NCBI GenBank assembly: GCA_002189035.1
Contig: NEEC01000002.1
Coordinates: 3,658,001-3,722,000 of the forward strand
Origin: Utricularia gibba
Taxonomy: Eukaryota; Plantae; Magnoliophyta
DNA: 64,000 nt
Reading direction: 5' to 3'
How positions within the stretch are numbered: position 1 is the stretch's first letter; each line of letters opens with the position of its first letter. Under the pieces are notes generated by a model, which was not told the origin of the DNA, ran no database searches, and was given only the letters and a program-made list of their open reading frames with translations. Of this stretch, positions 1-12,559 are shown piece after piece. The translations under genes and the position numbers were made by a program.

Positions 1-287
1 GATTCATACAAAAGGAAGCTACACATCTACTTATGGATAATCGAGCTGCAATCTCCATTGCCAAGGATCCAACAAATTTCAGCAAAGCCAAACACATAAG
101 AATAAGGTATCATGTCATAAGGAATTACATCAAGGAAAAGAAGATCAAAGTGCAGTATGTTGAGAGTGGGAATCAGCTTGCTGATGGGCTTACCAAAGGT
201 TTGAACATAGTTCAATTTGAGCTAGCAAGGAAGAACATGAATCTCATGACTATGGAAGGCTTTCTCAAGTTGGAAGATCTCAATCTT
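1..287 (+). mobile_element. Ty1/copia pol C-terminus (RNase H)
   Basis: ORF 33..353 has DNRAAISIAKDPT...KHIRIRYHVIR...NQLADGLTKGL, the copia RNase H signature; followed by a G-run PPT (288-303). Confidence 0.95.
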
Positions 288-303
288 GGGGGGGGGGGGG
301 GAG

Positions 304-605
304 TGTTGGAGATCAGCCTCAATCCAAATCTTGAAGGTGATTGGAAGCACTAACCTTGTGTTATAAAGTCATGTTTCAATTAAAAAGGTGTTGGGTTCGA
401 GTTGTTGGGCTTTTTGTATGTTTTTAATGATTGTGGCTTACTGTTGGGAAATCTAGGTATTGGATATATATAAACCCTACTAGAAACTGGTGTGAATTAG
501 GTTTTCGGTCATTATTATTGTTCATGAGTTGTTTTTCATCCAAAGTAATCTCATAAGAATTATCCCTTTGTTCCTTTCCAAGACTTTATCTTTCTTGCAT
601 CAACA
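304..605 (+). mobile_element. 3' LTR of the copia element (302 bp)
   Basis: TGTTG...CAACA termini directly after the PPT; TATA-like tatatataaa near 465. Confidence 0.85.
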
Positions 606-745
606 TATGCGATTTTTATATTTCATTTTTACATTTAAAATGGATATAAACATTTTATAAGAAACAATGTAATTCTTTGAAAAATAGTTTTTTTAACTTA
701 CAATATTTGATCTATTTTAATTTCACAGTCGATAAATAAATTAAT

Positions 746-1157
746 GAATTTATTTTATGGTATGTCCATCAAAAACTCCCTACAAACTAATTCCCACAAC
801 TTTTATTAGTTCTCCTTTCTTTTTTGATTAAATAATCATGTGTTTTTTTTCAAATAAATTATAAAAAAATTTAAAATATATTTTTTATGAGTGTAAATTT
901 TAGAAATTTTTAAAATATGGGATATATATTTTAAATGGAAATAATTTGATGTTTCAAAATTCAGGAAATTAGTTCTATTTGAAAATATATATCCCAAATT
1001 TTAAAAATTTACAATCATAAAAAATATAATTGAAAATTTTTTATGATTTATTTGAAAAAAATACATAAGTATTTAATTAAAAAAAGGAGGGCAAATGATA
1101 GTTGTGTCAGTTAATTTTGACGAATTTTTTATTTAAATGTCATAAAATGAGTTCATT
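746..1157. mobile_element. Foldback MITE (long imperfect palindrome, possibly MULE-derived)
   Basis: ~810-945 is the near reverse complement of ~965-1090; weaker symmetry extends outward; TSD not resolved. Confidence 0.65.
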
Positions 1158-1197
1158 GATTAAATTCCTTATTAAATTATAGACTAGCTAACGTATT

Positions 1198-1503
1198 TGT
1201 TGTGGTTGAAAATCGGAGCAACGGCAAGGATCGATTTTCAGTCATGGATGTGGCTGGACGCGTCATATTCGACTAAGATTTCAGTGTATTGTGTGGCGTA
1301 ATCCGGTTAATAGAGATGAAAGGAGGCAAGGATTTTAATGTGGAAATCGTTAGAGGACGGAAAAATTATAGAGCTCGCCGAAAAATAACTTTACTAGATG
1401 GAGATGGGAAGAGATACAAGTCATGGAGCTTGGAGTTGAACCTTTTCTTCCTCGGAGTTTCTAGCATTTATCGTAGAAGTTGACCTGACCGAATTCTGAA
1501 TCC
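1198..1503 (-). mobile_element. 3' half of a Tat-family LTR (fragment)
   Basis: Reverse complement aligns with 6105-6390 and 53240-53541 (ttcggtcag...catctagtaaag...gattttca...aaca end). Confidence 0.75.
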
Positions 1504-2181
1504 TAAAGATCACGTTGGTAAAGAAAACGTTGCGAAAAACAGAATCAGACCTCAAATTAAATGCTGAAAAACATGGTAAGACAGTCACACGCGCAGGACT
1601 TGAGTAAGCAAGGCTTCACAGCAGATCCTCAGCCACAAGCGCTCACACGCGCATGCTAGACTATAAAGAACAAAAGTTGATGAAAAACGAAAGGAAATGA
1701 ATCCAAAACATGCTAGACTCTACTCTAAACCCTAGATTGACTCTCTGGTCGTCCACCATTCGCTCCTTTAGTCTTCGTGTTTGGATTTTTATATAATGGT
1801 GGGGATTTGTTGAGCTTTCTTGATGGGCTCGCATCAAATCTTCTATCCGAATCTTCTAAGATTTGATACAAATCTTCTAGGATGAGATCCAAATTTTCCA
1901 AGATAAGATGTGAATCTTATCTTATCCGAGAATCTTTGACCGAGTCTTCATTCGGATGGACCAAATCTTTGTCTCCATCAAAGTAGCTCGAAAATCCCCC
2001 AAATTAAGTCAAAATTATCCTGAAAAATCACAAAACACACTTTCCCTCCAAAAAGATCAAAGTGGTATGAAAGATATAAAATTCTCCTAGAAACATAAAG
2101 AAAGTGGGATAAAAAGAATGCAAAACCCATCTAAGTGAGTCTCAAAAAGCACAAATATAAGTAATACAAAATAACCTATCA
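1504..2181 (-). mobile_element. Partial Athila-type LTR (family W)
   Basis: Highly similar direct repeat of 55058-55734; ends ...cctatca. Confidence 0.85.
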
Positions 2182-2203
2182 AATGGGTATGGAATGAGTT
2201 TAA

Positions 2204-2507
2204 TATATTTGGTTTAGATGAATTAATGTAAAATTTTATTTGGTTAAATATTAAGTTTTTTGTCATTAAACTTCTTCGCTAGTTAAATGGTATTAATATT
2301 TAGATATTAGGTATTTTATATTTATATTACTAAAATATTCTTATTAAATAATTTAATATTACTTGCATTTTTCCATTCATTTCAATATTATGAAATAATC
2401 ATTAGGATTTATTTCTAACTGAAAATAAATTTTAAAAATCAGATTTTTTTGTCGTATCATTTACTTGTTGTATTCAAAGAATTGATTTTTCCAACAAACC
2501 AAACGTA
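2204..2507. mobile_element. Tourist-like MITE
   Basis: Imperfect TIR tatatttggttt / aaaccaaacgta flanked by TAA/TTA. Confidence 0.5.
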
Positions 2508-2789
2508 TTAAAATTATGAATTTATGAATAAGAAAGTAGAGTTGGGATTTCGAATGGGGTCGGGCCGGCCTGGCCCATTTTTTGGGTTTAGGTTTTCTTT
2601 CAGGCTGAGACAATTTAGTCGAATGATTATGAGCCAAAGAAATATGGCCTAGAACCGAAGCTCTTTATTATACCTGGCCCGAGCTTATTATACCTGGAAA
2701 ATTAAGGCAATAAAAATGAACCCAATTAATTATTTAGAATTGGTAAAGCATAAAAACTGGAAAGAATAACATAAATAGTCTTAAATTAG

Positions 2790-5000
2790 GATTGTTAATT
2801 GAAAATTACACCAACTGAAGCTCTTTCATTGTTTGAGCATTCCAAGCATATTATCAGAAAGCAAGCCTCAAACAAGAAAGTGTATGAAGTGGAGAGTAAG
2901 CCTAAGGTTTCAGAGATTGAACTCACGAAGAATGTTGTTACTATGTCAGAAATGATGAAGGAGCTATTCTTATTCCAGGCTAAGAACATTCTATGCGAAA
3001 CTGTCACAGAACAGGGCATGTTTGGATAAGTGTCTAGATTTATTTGAAGAAGAGCATGCCAAAATCATGGATATTTGGACCCTAGCAGAGAAATAAATAT
3101 GATTCATATTGAAATACTTACAATCCAAGCTAGAGGGATTATCCAAATTTTCGTTGAAGTAACAATGAAAATTTTTGCAAAGGGAAAAGCTCAACAATGG
3201 GGTAGTAAAATTTTCAAGAGCAAAAATCTCATCATGCACCTCCATTTCAAAGGCAAAATCAACAGAACTAGCAGCCATTTCAAGCCTCAAATCAAGGCAA
3301 TGCTGGAGGGAATTTCGGAAATTCGTTGGAAGAAATTGTTAGTGTATGTGTTCTAAAGACAATCAACTCATTGCCAAATCTTATCCTTTGATATTTACTT
3401 TGAATTGTTATCAAATTTATATCATTGATAAAATCCTTTACTTGATCTATGTGCTATAGAAATTATGATGAGATCATAATGTGAGATTCTTCAAGTACTC
3501 ATGATCAAGTTAAACACTCCCTGGCTAGAGTGTTTGTGAAATAAGGATATCACAAATACGGAGAGGCTGGCACACATTGAGTTCCCTAAACTGTTTAGCA
3601 ATGGTTCTCACAATTGATGTAATGAGATTACTAGAGCCTATCTGTGGGTGTCGATTAGAGAATCGATTCACTGGATGACTCATCTTCGAGATGCTACTAT
3701 GGGAAGCTAACCAAGTGTCAGTAGCAAGATCTCAAATATGACAGCCATGCAAGTAAGCTTAGACTTGAGATCAACAAAATTATCTTGATCTTAAACTCAC
3801 ATTTTCGCTCATGCAACTAATGGGAGCCTAACCATGGCTTACCTAGTATGGATGAGTAGGGATGTGACTCCTTAAGGTTGGAGATAGTTGATTGATCAAT
3901 AAAGGATTCATCACTCATGTTAGCGATGAGATCATATCTCAAGTAATTGCATCAAAGCCTAACAATAAGTCCTGGGCCTAGGGTAATGACACTCGAATTG
4001 TTTGAGTAGGTCATTGAGTGTTAGTGCTTGAATGCAATTATAAGTTCGATACATCAGAAAGACACACACCCATGTTCTGATACCGAATGAGATATAAGTA
4101 TGATGAAAGTTGTTCATTGCATGGTAGCTGGTCATGGAAGTGCTCAATCAGTTCACCTGATTATTCTTTAATCTTGGGGATCATGATATGTTGCTAGACA
4201 TCACTCATGATCGATAATGATGGATTTGATTAATTAAGAGTTAATTAATAAATCCATTATTACAACCTTGATTGAAGAAGCCTATAGGGTCACACACAAT
4301 ACTGGAGTCACTCATCGATATAAAATAGAATGACACAATTACATGAGATGCAAATTGGTAAAGTGGATAAATTAAATAGAGAGCTATTTTGAGATTAATA
4401 TTGATTAAACTCAAAATACAAGATCTCATATAGATATGATTTGATATGTCACAAAATATCTATCGAAAAAGATGAGATCTTGAGATCTGCTCCAAAGGTC
4501 TTGGTGCTCTTTAAGATTGATCCACAAGGAGGCGTTTTTCTCTACTAGCACCTGAGAAATTCGACCAGCATTCAAGAGCCTTGAGAAGGTAGTCACGGAG
4601 TGCTCCACATGTGGATACCATAGAGTCCGTCTGCTATTGGCGGTTGGTGAACAACGGAGCCATCTGAAAGGTATTTTGAACATCCCTTTGCCTGATGTAT
4701 ACCGTATTCTAAGATCTGCATTTGGGGTTTCTCAAAAATTTTAAATTCCGCTGCTTTTGAGACATACGATGTCTACGAGAAACCCAACAGAAATGTTGAA
4801 TACATTCATGGCGCAATCAATCAAAAATCAAGCTGAAAATCAATAAGCAATCCGGAATTTGGAGGTCCAAGTGAGTTAGTTGGCAGCAGAGTATGGAGAT
4901 GTAAAATAGAAAGGGAGCTTACCATCTCAACCCAAGTCAAACCCAAATTCCAGTGGAGGACCGAACATTAGTGACATGACACTTATGATTGGAGAAGAGA
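2790..5000 (+). pseudogene. Athila gag remnant, interrupted by a solo LTR
   Basis: Frameshifted zinc knuckle (C..CHRTGH), NTYNPS*RDYPNFR (YNPGWRNHPNFSW motif) and AIRNLEVQV after the insertion. Confidence 0.75.
3337..4789 (+). mobile_element. Copia (Angela-like) solo LTR, copy A
   Basis: TGTTAG...CCAACA, perfect 5-bp TSD GAAAT; reverse complement of 20324-21825. Confidence 0.95.
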
Positions 5001-5217
5001 AGCCTGGGTGAGAATTGGTCCAGATTGAGACTAAGGAAAACGAAACAAAAGAGTATGAAGTTGTTGTTCAGGGTGAAGACGAAATTGAAATACTACCAGA
5101 ACCTGTCACTGTGAAGGTGACCTAGCCTCTTTTTCCAAAAAGGCTGAAGATGAAAGAAGAGCAAACAGAGAAGGAATAAATTTTCAAAGCATTGGGAAAC
5201 ACTCAATTGAATTTAAC

Positions 5218-5826
5218 TTGGAGTATATTGATCTTGTGCCAAAGAGTGTTAAATATTTGAAGCAGCTATATATGCCCAAACCCAAACTGAAGGAGAAGGG
5301 AAAGGTGAAATTGAGTGAAAGCTGCTCAGCACTTCTCACATGGAAACTACTCGAAAAACGCAAGGATCCGGGTACGTTTTTTATTCGATGCAAAATAGGA
5401 GATTTGTGCATCAAGAGAGCTATGACAGACTTGGGAATGTCTATAAGTGTGATGTCGAATTCTGTTTATGAGGCACTTAGGTTGGGACCTTTGCAAGCAT
5501 TGGGTGTGCAAATTGAGCTAGCGGATAGAGAGTAATTTCTCCCAAATGCTTGATGGAGGATGTTTTGGTGAAAATTGAGCATCTTGTGTTCCCAGCTGAT
5601 TTTTTATGTGGTGAATATACCCACTGGAGGATCAAAGGATAGCAGACCATTTTTGAGCACCTCAAATGCTATCATCAATGTAAAGATGGGGACCATTGAG
5701 CTTTCTTTTGATGAAGACAAAATCACATTGGATATGAACGATGTGAAGAATTACCCTAGGGATTTTGAGAGCATTTGTGCGGTGGATGTCATGGATGGAC
5801 TCATTGAGGAGCACTTGGAGAAATAA
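5218..5826 (+). pseudogene. Athila aspartic protease remnant
   Basis: RKDPGTFFIRCKIG...RAMTDLGMSISVM...LGPL...IELADR, then frameshifted EDVLVK..FPADF. Confidence 0.85.
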
Positions 5827-5862
5827 ATTCAAGAAAAAGAAGAGGTTCATGAAGAGTCTCTT

Positions 5863-6390
5863 TAATGGGGTCTAAATCGGGCCTGGCTAATCGGTTACTG
5901 AAAAAGTAGCCAAAAGATGTTCTAACACACCGGCACATGCCGATAGACCGATAACTATCAGGGTTTGTTAGAAGCGGCTGTTTTGGACAGATTGAAAAGT
6001 AGCAAATTACGGTAATAGCAGAGCAGTTGGCAGTTATCCAGGGGCAGAATCACAGCACGTACAATAAGCACAGAAAGCAGCCGACTACTACGGAATTCAT
6101 GATTCGGTCAGATCGACCTCTTCTATAAATAGGAGAAATTCTGAAAAGAAAAGGGTTGGACTCCAAGCCCTCCAACTTGTATTTCCTCCCCACCGCTGTC
6201 TAGTGAAGTCATTTTCCGGTGAGCTCTGACAAGCTGCATGGTTTTTCCATTCTTCGACGGTTTCCACGTAAAAAACCTTTGTCCTTCTATATTTTCGCTA
6301 AACGCACTAACTACTCGGTTTCGACGCATATGGTGAACTCCATAACCGAAAAATTGGTTCCGAATCCAGTGCCGATTTTCACCCTTAACA
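5863..6390 (+). repeat. Tat 5' LTR
   Basis: Starts taatggggt (tgatggggt in the solo copy at 53031), ends cccttaaca; TATA ctataaata near 6123. Confidence 0.9.
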
Positions 6391-6410
6391 TTTTGGTGCC
6401 CATCTTGGGG
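6391..6410 (+). promoter_or_regulatory. Primer binding site (degenerate, tRNA-Lys/Arg-like)
   Basis: ttttggtgcccatcttgggg directly after the LTR, resembling TGGCGCCCAACGTGGGG. Confidence 0.6.
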
Positions 6411-6447
6411 GGGGGGGGGGGTCGTTCATCGCGGAAGTGTCGAATGC

Positions 6448-7700
6448 ATGCCATCCATCCATCATCTCACGCGGACGGACGATGCGCCAGGCCCTTCTCA
6501 CAAGCAAAGTGCAGTACAACAACACATCCGTGGGGCAAGATCTATTGTCCCACTCGAGAAATCCACAGAAGCCGCTCACCAAACATCCATCATGGTGGAA
6601 AATAGCATGGCCACCAACTCCGGCAATGAAGGAAGTGCCGGCATACAAGACCCCGGCCTCATGGTCATTAGTAGGGAACAACTGAAAGCCCTTGTGACGA
6701 AAATCTTCTCTGACTTTAAAGCATCTTCGGGTTGAACTCCAATGCACAGGAGGGTACACTTGAAACCACACAACGAGCAGAAAACCAACCCCTCATTCCG
6801 GAATACTCCCCGGACACGGAGACTGAATCCGAAACCGTGGAGGAGATGTTGCGAAGGAAGAGGTGCAACCAAGTCATCTATGAGCCAGGAACCGATAGGG
6901 GAAACATGACTGGAGAGATCTTTGAAAAAAGGTAGGAAGAGCTGAAAGGAGAACTAGACCAGATTTGTGAGAGAAGAAGACTTATTGGCAGACAAACACT
7001 GCCCAAGAGGAGAGAGAGTAGAGGCTTTAGGGATGCCTTTGCTCAGAACGTATGCACTGGAAGAGGGACGTTCTGGCCGATATTGACTTGGCTCTGAAGA
7101 GCAGCATTGAAGGAGCGGCCGGTACCCCAGCACTGCTCTTCGACCCCTTCTAGGATGAATTAATTGGGGAAGAACCAGAGAGGGGATTCAGGGTCCCCGA
7201 CAAACTACCCACATATGATGAAAAAAGGGACCCCATATCCCATGTAAGCTGTTCACTTGCTCGCTCCAAAAGGGAGCAAAGACTTGGTTCAAGCAGTTAG
7301 AACCGTGTAGTGTAGGATCTTATTGAGAGTTTGTGTTGCTCTTCACTACCCCATACGCTATCAACATCGAAGCTCTACCTTCAAAGGCAACACTTTATTT
7401 TATTCGGTATGACCACCAAAAAGAGAGCTTGAGAAAGATCATGAAATACATCCGAGTCGATGACGACCTCAGAGCCGAAATGAAAAGCCACCTAGAAATT
7501 CGGTCGGGGTTGCAGCAAGAAGTGCAGCACAACAGGGTCCCCGACTGAATAAACGCCGTGAAGTGTATCAGGTGGGACCAACCAAAATGGGCTCCTATTA
7601 TGAGATACACAAGACAATAGGGCACGATATTGTCAACTATCGAGTGATGAAAAGGATGATTGAGCAATATCATGCTGACACTGGGAGGAATGGTGCGACC
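6448..7700 (+). pseudogene. Tat gag remnant
   Basis: Fragmented frames including GFRVPDKLPTYDEKRDPISHV. Confidence 0.7.
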
Positions 7701-8547
7701 TGAGACCTCACACAAAGGACAGAGCGAAAGAGGAGATCAGATTCTATTAAAGAGATGTTCTCATCGGGCCAATCGCATGAAATGAACCTTAGCAGGGATA
7801 TGCGGAAGCACCAAGGTTAGGAGAATTCTCGTCAATCAGGGATCTTCCTACAACATCATGAAGAAAGAAGCTGTCGAGTTACTCACATCGTCTAAGGAGG
7901 GGGATATCCGTCCAATCCGCATGGAATTATACGCATTCGATCAATGGGCTGTGCAGACGGTCGGAAAAATAACCCTTCTCGTAACCTTTGGTGTTGCAGG
8001 CCGAAACTGGACAAAAAGACTGGAATTCTTGATATTGAACTCGCAGGTCTCATATAACATCATTCTTGGCCGACCCGGCATCAACCAATTCGGTATGTTA
8101 CCATCAATCGTGCACCTGAGAGTTAAGTTTCCAACACCAACGGGCATCTATACGCTGGATATCGACAAACCAGCCGCCCGATCCTTTTATGTGTCTTCCT
8201 ACCGAGATCCCTACGCGAAGAAATCAAGAATAATGATGGTGGAAAAGGAACCTCCCAGGCAAGCAATGGAACCAGTGGGGTACAAGTCATTGCAGTTAGT
8301 ACCAAAAGATACACAAAAGACGACCCGCATTGGCACCAACTTGAACGTCGAATTTGAGGAAAGGTTAGTGGGACTTCTAAGAAAGAATGCAGATATTTTT
8401 GTTTGGTCTACTGCTGACTTTGTGGATATCAACCGATCTATTGCTGAACATCATATTGATACCTATCCGGGAGCAAAGCCGATTCGGCAAAAACAATGGC
8501 ATTTTTTTGAAGAAAAGTGCCGGATCATCAAAGAAAAAACGAGAGAG

Positions 8548-9674
8548 TGTTGGGTTTCTTGTAGACATTGTATGTCTCAAAAGCAGCGGAATTTTAAAAT
8601 TTTTGAGAAACCCCAATCGCAGATCTTGGAATACGGTATACGTCAGATTCAGGGATGTTCAAAATACCTTTCAGATGACTCGGTTGTTCACCAACCGCCA
8701 ACAGCAGACGGCCTCTATGTATCCACACGTGGAGCACTCCGTCGATAACCTTCTCAAGGTTCTTGAATGCTGGTCGAATTTCTCAGGTGCTAGTAGAGAA
8801 AAAAGGCTCCTTGTGGATCAATCTCAGAGAGCACGAAGACCTTGGAGCAGATCTCAAGATCTAAATCTTTTTGATAGAAATTTTGTGACATATCAAATCA
8901 TATATATATGAGATCTTTTATTTTGAGTTTAATCAATATTAATCTCAAATTAACTCTCTATTTAATTTATCCACTTTACCAATTACATTTCATGTAATTG
9001 TGTCATTCTATTTTATATCGATGAGTGACTCCATTATTGTGTGTGACCCTATAGGCTTCCTCAATCAAGGCCGTAATAATGGATTTATTAATTAACTCTT
9101 AATTAATCAAATCCATTATTATCGATCATGAGTGATGTCTAGCAACATATCATGATCCCCAAGATTAAAGAATAATCATGTGAACTGATTGAGCCTTTCC
9201 ATGAGCAGCCACCATGTAATGAACAGCTTTCATCATACTTATATGTCATTCGATACCAGAACATGGGTGTGTGTCTTTATGATGTATCGAACTTATAATT
9301 GCATTCAAGCACTAACACTCAATGACCTACTCAAACAATTCGAGTGTCATTCTAGGCCTAGGACTTATTGTTAGGCTTTGATGCAATTACTTGAGATATG
9401 ATCTCATTGCTAACATGAGTGATGAATCCTTTATTGATCAATCAACTATCTCCAACCTTAAGGAGTCACATCCCTACTCATCCATACTAGGCAAACCATG
9501 GTTAGGCTTCCATTAGTAATGAGCGAAAATATGAGCTTAAGATCAAGATAATTTTGTTGACCTCAAGTCTAAGCTTACTTGCACAGCTATCATATTCGAG
9601 ATCTTGGTACTAACACTTGGTTAGCTTCCCATAGTAGCATCTCGAAGATGAGTCATCCAGTGAATCGATTCTCT
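8548..9674 (-). mobile_element. Copia (Angela-like) LTR copy B, truncated
   Basis: Collinear with 20324-~21505; lacks the last ~320 bp and the second TSD copy; splits RT between ...KTRE and LLEVGY. Confidence 0.93.
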
Positions 9675-10805
9675 TGGAGGTTGGCTATGTGAAGGAGATC
9701 CAGTACTCCGAATGGGGAGCCAATGCGGTCGTTGTCCTTAAGCCCGGGGGAAAATGTTGAATGTGTGTCGACTTCACCGACCTCAACGGCTGCTACGAGA
9801 GGGATCTTTACCCCTTGCCGAAGATTGATAAACTGGTGGATGCCATCGCCGGATCCTGATTCCTGAGCACCATGGATGCCTATTTTGGATATCATCAAAT
9901 CTTTGTCGCCGAGAAGGACCAACCAAAAACCAAATTCTACACCAAGGATGGAGTTTACTGCTATGTTGCGATGCCCTTTGGCTTGAAGAATGCTGGGCAA
10001 CTTATCAGAGGCTGGTGAACAAAATCTTTTCTTCTGAAATCGGTACTTCTATGAAGAAGATTATTTGACGTATTTGGATTCCTGTTTCTCTCTATGTCGA
10101 TCATAGAGATTAAAACTCAATCCGTTGAAATGCTGCTTCAGGGTGCAGAGTGGGAAGTTCCTCGGGTACTACGTATCGAAAAGAGGGATCGAGGCCGATC
10201 CAGCAAAGATCAAAGCAATATGCGAAATGCAACCTCCAAGGACAATCAAAGAGTATCAAAGCCTTACGGGTAAATTGACTGCCCTCAGTCGGTTCATATC
10301 CCGATCTGCTGATAGATCGGCATCTTTCTTCAAGGCTCTCTGGAAGGGAAACACTATGGAATAGAACGAGGATTGTCAGGTTGCTTTCGAAAAACTTATG
10401 GAATATCTATCATCACCGCCACTGTTGATGTCTCGAAAGAAGGAGAACCCTTGGGCTTTATCTATCAATATCACCCGTTGCGGTCAGCATAGTCTTGACA
10501 ACCATCTTAGGAGAAAAGCACCTGCTGGTGTATTATGTGAGCAAGGTTTTCCTACCGTCCATAACCCGATACACAGTGATAGAGAAATTCATCTTGGCTT
10601 TGAAAATGGCGGCCACCAAAATGAGATCCTATTTCTAGGATCGGCACATCATGGTATTCACCAATCAGCCTTTGAAGAATATCCTATCTCGACTTGAAAT
10701 TTCCAGAAGGGTCGCCAAGTGGGCGGTCGAATTAAGCACAATGGATATTGAATTCAAATCGAGAACGTCGATCAAAGCCCAACCTTTGCCGACTTTGTAG
10801 TCAAG

Positions 10806-11141
10806 ATGACCATGCCTATCGACCGGTTCGTGGAAATCAATGACCGATGGGCCATGTATGTCGATGGTTCTACATACAATGGGGCTGGAGGAGGAATTGA
10901 CATCCGAACTCAGGATGGAGATCATATTTACATCACGGTGAAATTCTTATTCCCCGCCACCAATAATGTCACCGAATATGAAGCTCTGATTGAAGGAATG
11001 AAAATAGCCAAGGAACTTGGAGTCGCAGAGCTCGATATTTATACCGATTCACGGCTAGTGCAAAGACAATTTTCGGGTGAGGGAGTTGGCAAAAACTTTC
11101 AAGGAGTTTACCCTATCGCATGTGGCACGCGAAGAAAATGA
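10806..11141 (+). pseudogene. Additional (archaeal-like) RNase H domain
   Basis: WAMYVDGS...GAG...ATNNVTEYEALIEG...IYTDSRLV; this extra domain is diagnostic of the Tat lineage. Confidence 0.9.
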
Positions 11142-12559
11142 ATCTGCCGATAGCCTCGCCCGATTTGCCATAGGTTTTCTAGGGTTAAAAGAGGGGAGTG
11201 TGACGATCCGATTGCGGGATCAACCTTTGGTGACCTTGCGAACAGTGAACTAAATCACACAGCAACTCGGAAGTGACATCTCTTCACAGCTAAGTCCCCT
11301 CAAAGATAGGATGTCACCTTATATCCAGTATCTGCAAAACAGAGAAACACCATCTGACAAATCGAAAGCCTGAAAGTTGGAGATTAGGGTAAGAGATATA
11401 CACTAGTAAAAGGAATTCTCTGTCAAAGATCCTTCCATGGACCCCTACTGAGGTGTATCGGGAAAGAACATTCTCAAGACCTTATTACCAATTTCCATGA
11501 AGAAGAGTGCGGCAGTCATGATGGGATACGATCACTATGCAAAAAGGCAATGAGAAGAGGGTACTATTGGCCAACTATGAAATAAGACATTACTGAAGTG
11601 GTGAGGAAATGCAAGATATGCCAATATCATGCAAATGTAATAAGAAAACTAGTAAAAAACTTGACCACTCTACCGCTCTCGTGCCTGTTTGATCGCTGGG
11701 GGCTGGATATCATGGGACCTTTCCCTTAGACCTCTAGCCAAAGGAAGTTTGTCATCGTGGGGATTGAATATTTCTACAAATGGGTAGAAGCAGAAGCCGT
11801 GGCAAAAATTTCAGAAGAAACAGTTATTCAATTTCTGTGGAGGAACGTCTTCATCCGATTCGGGATACCCCGAGAGCTAGTAACCGATAATTGAACCCAG
11901 TTTGCTGGAGGAAAGATGGATGCTTTTCTAGATAGGTATTCAGTTAAACACAACTTCACTTCAGTTTATCATCCTCAGAGCAATGGCCTCATGAACAAAA
12001 CTACAGGATTTTGGAGGGTCATGGGCAGACTGGTTGGATGAGGTGCTATGGTCATATCGCACCATCCCTCGAACCACTATGGATGAATCCCTCTTCTTAT
12101 TGGTTTACGGATCGAAAGCAGTATGCCTAATCGAATTAATGCTGAAGAGCTACAGGGTGGAACACTATAACGAAGAGGAAAATGCCGATCTACGAAAACT
12201 TGAGTTGGAGTTGTTTGAGGAAAAAAGACAGAGTATTTCATAGCCGACTAGGGGCTTACTAGAGAAGAACTGAAAAGAATTATAACAAGTCGGTATTCCC
12301 AAGGGAATTCTCGGAAGGAGACTTGGTACTCTAAAGCATTCGACCATAGAGGCGTGTAGGAAAATTAGACCGCAACTGGGAAGGCCCTTATTAGATTTCA
12401 AGGGTAATCAGAAAAGTAGCTTATTGTCTAGAACAGCTAGATGGCGTGGAATTTCGAAGGTCACGGAATGCATCGCATCTAAGGAAATTCTAAGTCTATC
12501 GCGAATCTCCACAGGTTTTGGTATTTTCTTCATCAAAACACTCAAGCGACTATATATTC

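Larger units (their letters stand above)
7790..12500 (+). pseudogene. Tat pol remnant: protease, RT, RNase H, additional RNase H, integrase
   Basis: ILVNQGSSYNIM, YNIILGRP (PR); MCVDFTDLN, MDAYFGYHQI, MPFGLKNAG (RT); HEEECGSH and GIPRELVTDN (INT); many stops and frameshifts. Confidence 0.92.

Noticed and set aside
7858-8911. 296-aa and 174-aa ORFs as intact genes
   Set aside because: The frames run from Tat pol into the inserted Copia LTR at 8548; the similar ORFs at 4426, 20198 and 20262 are the same LTR read-through
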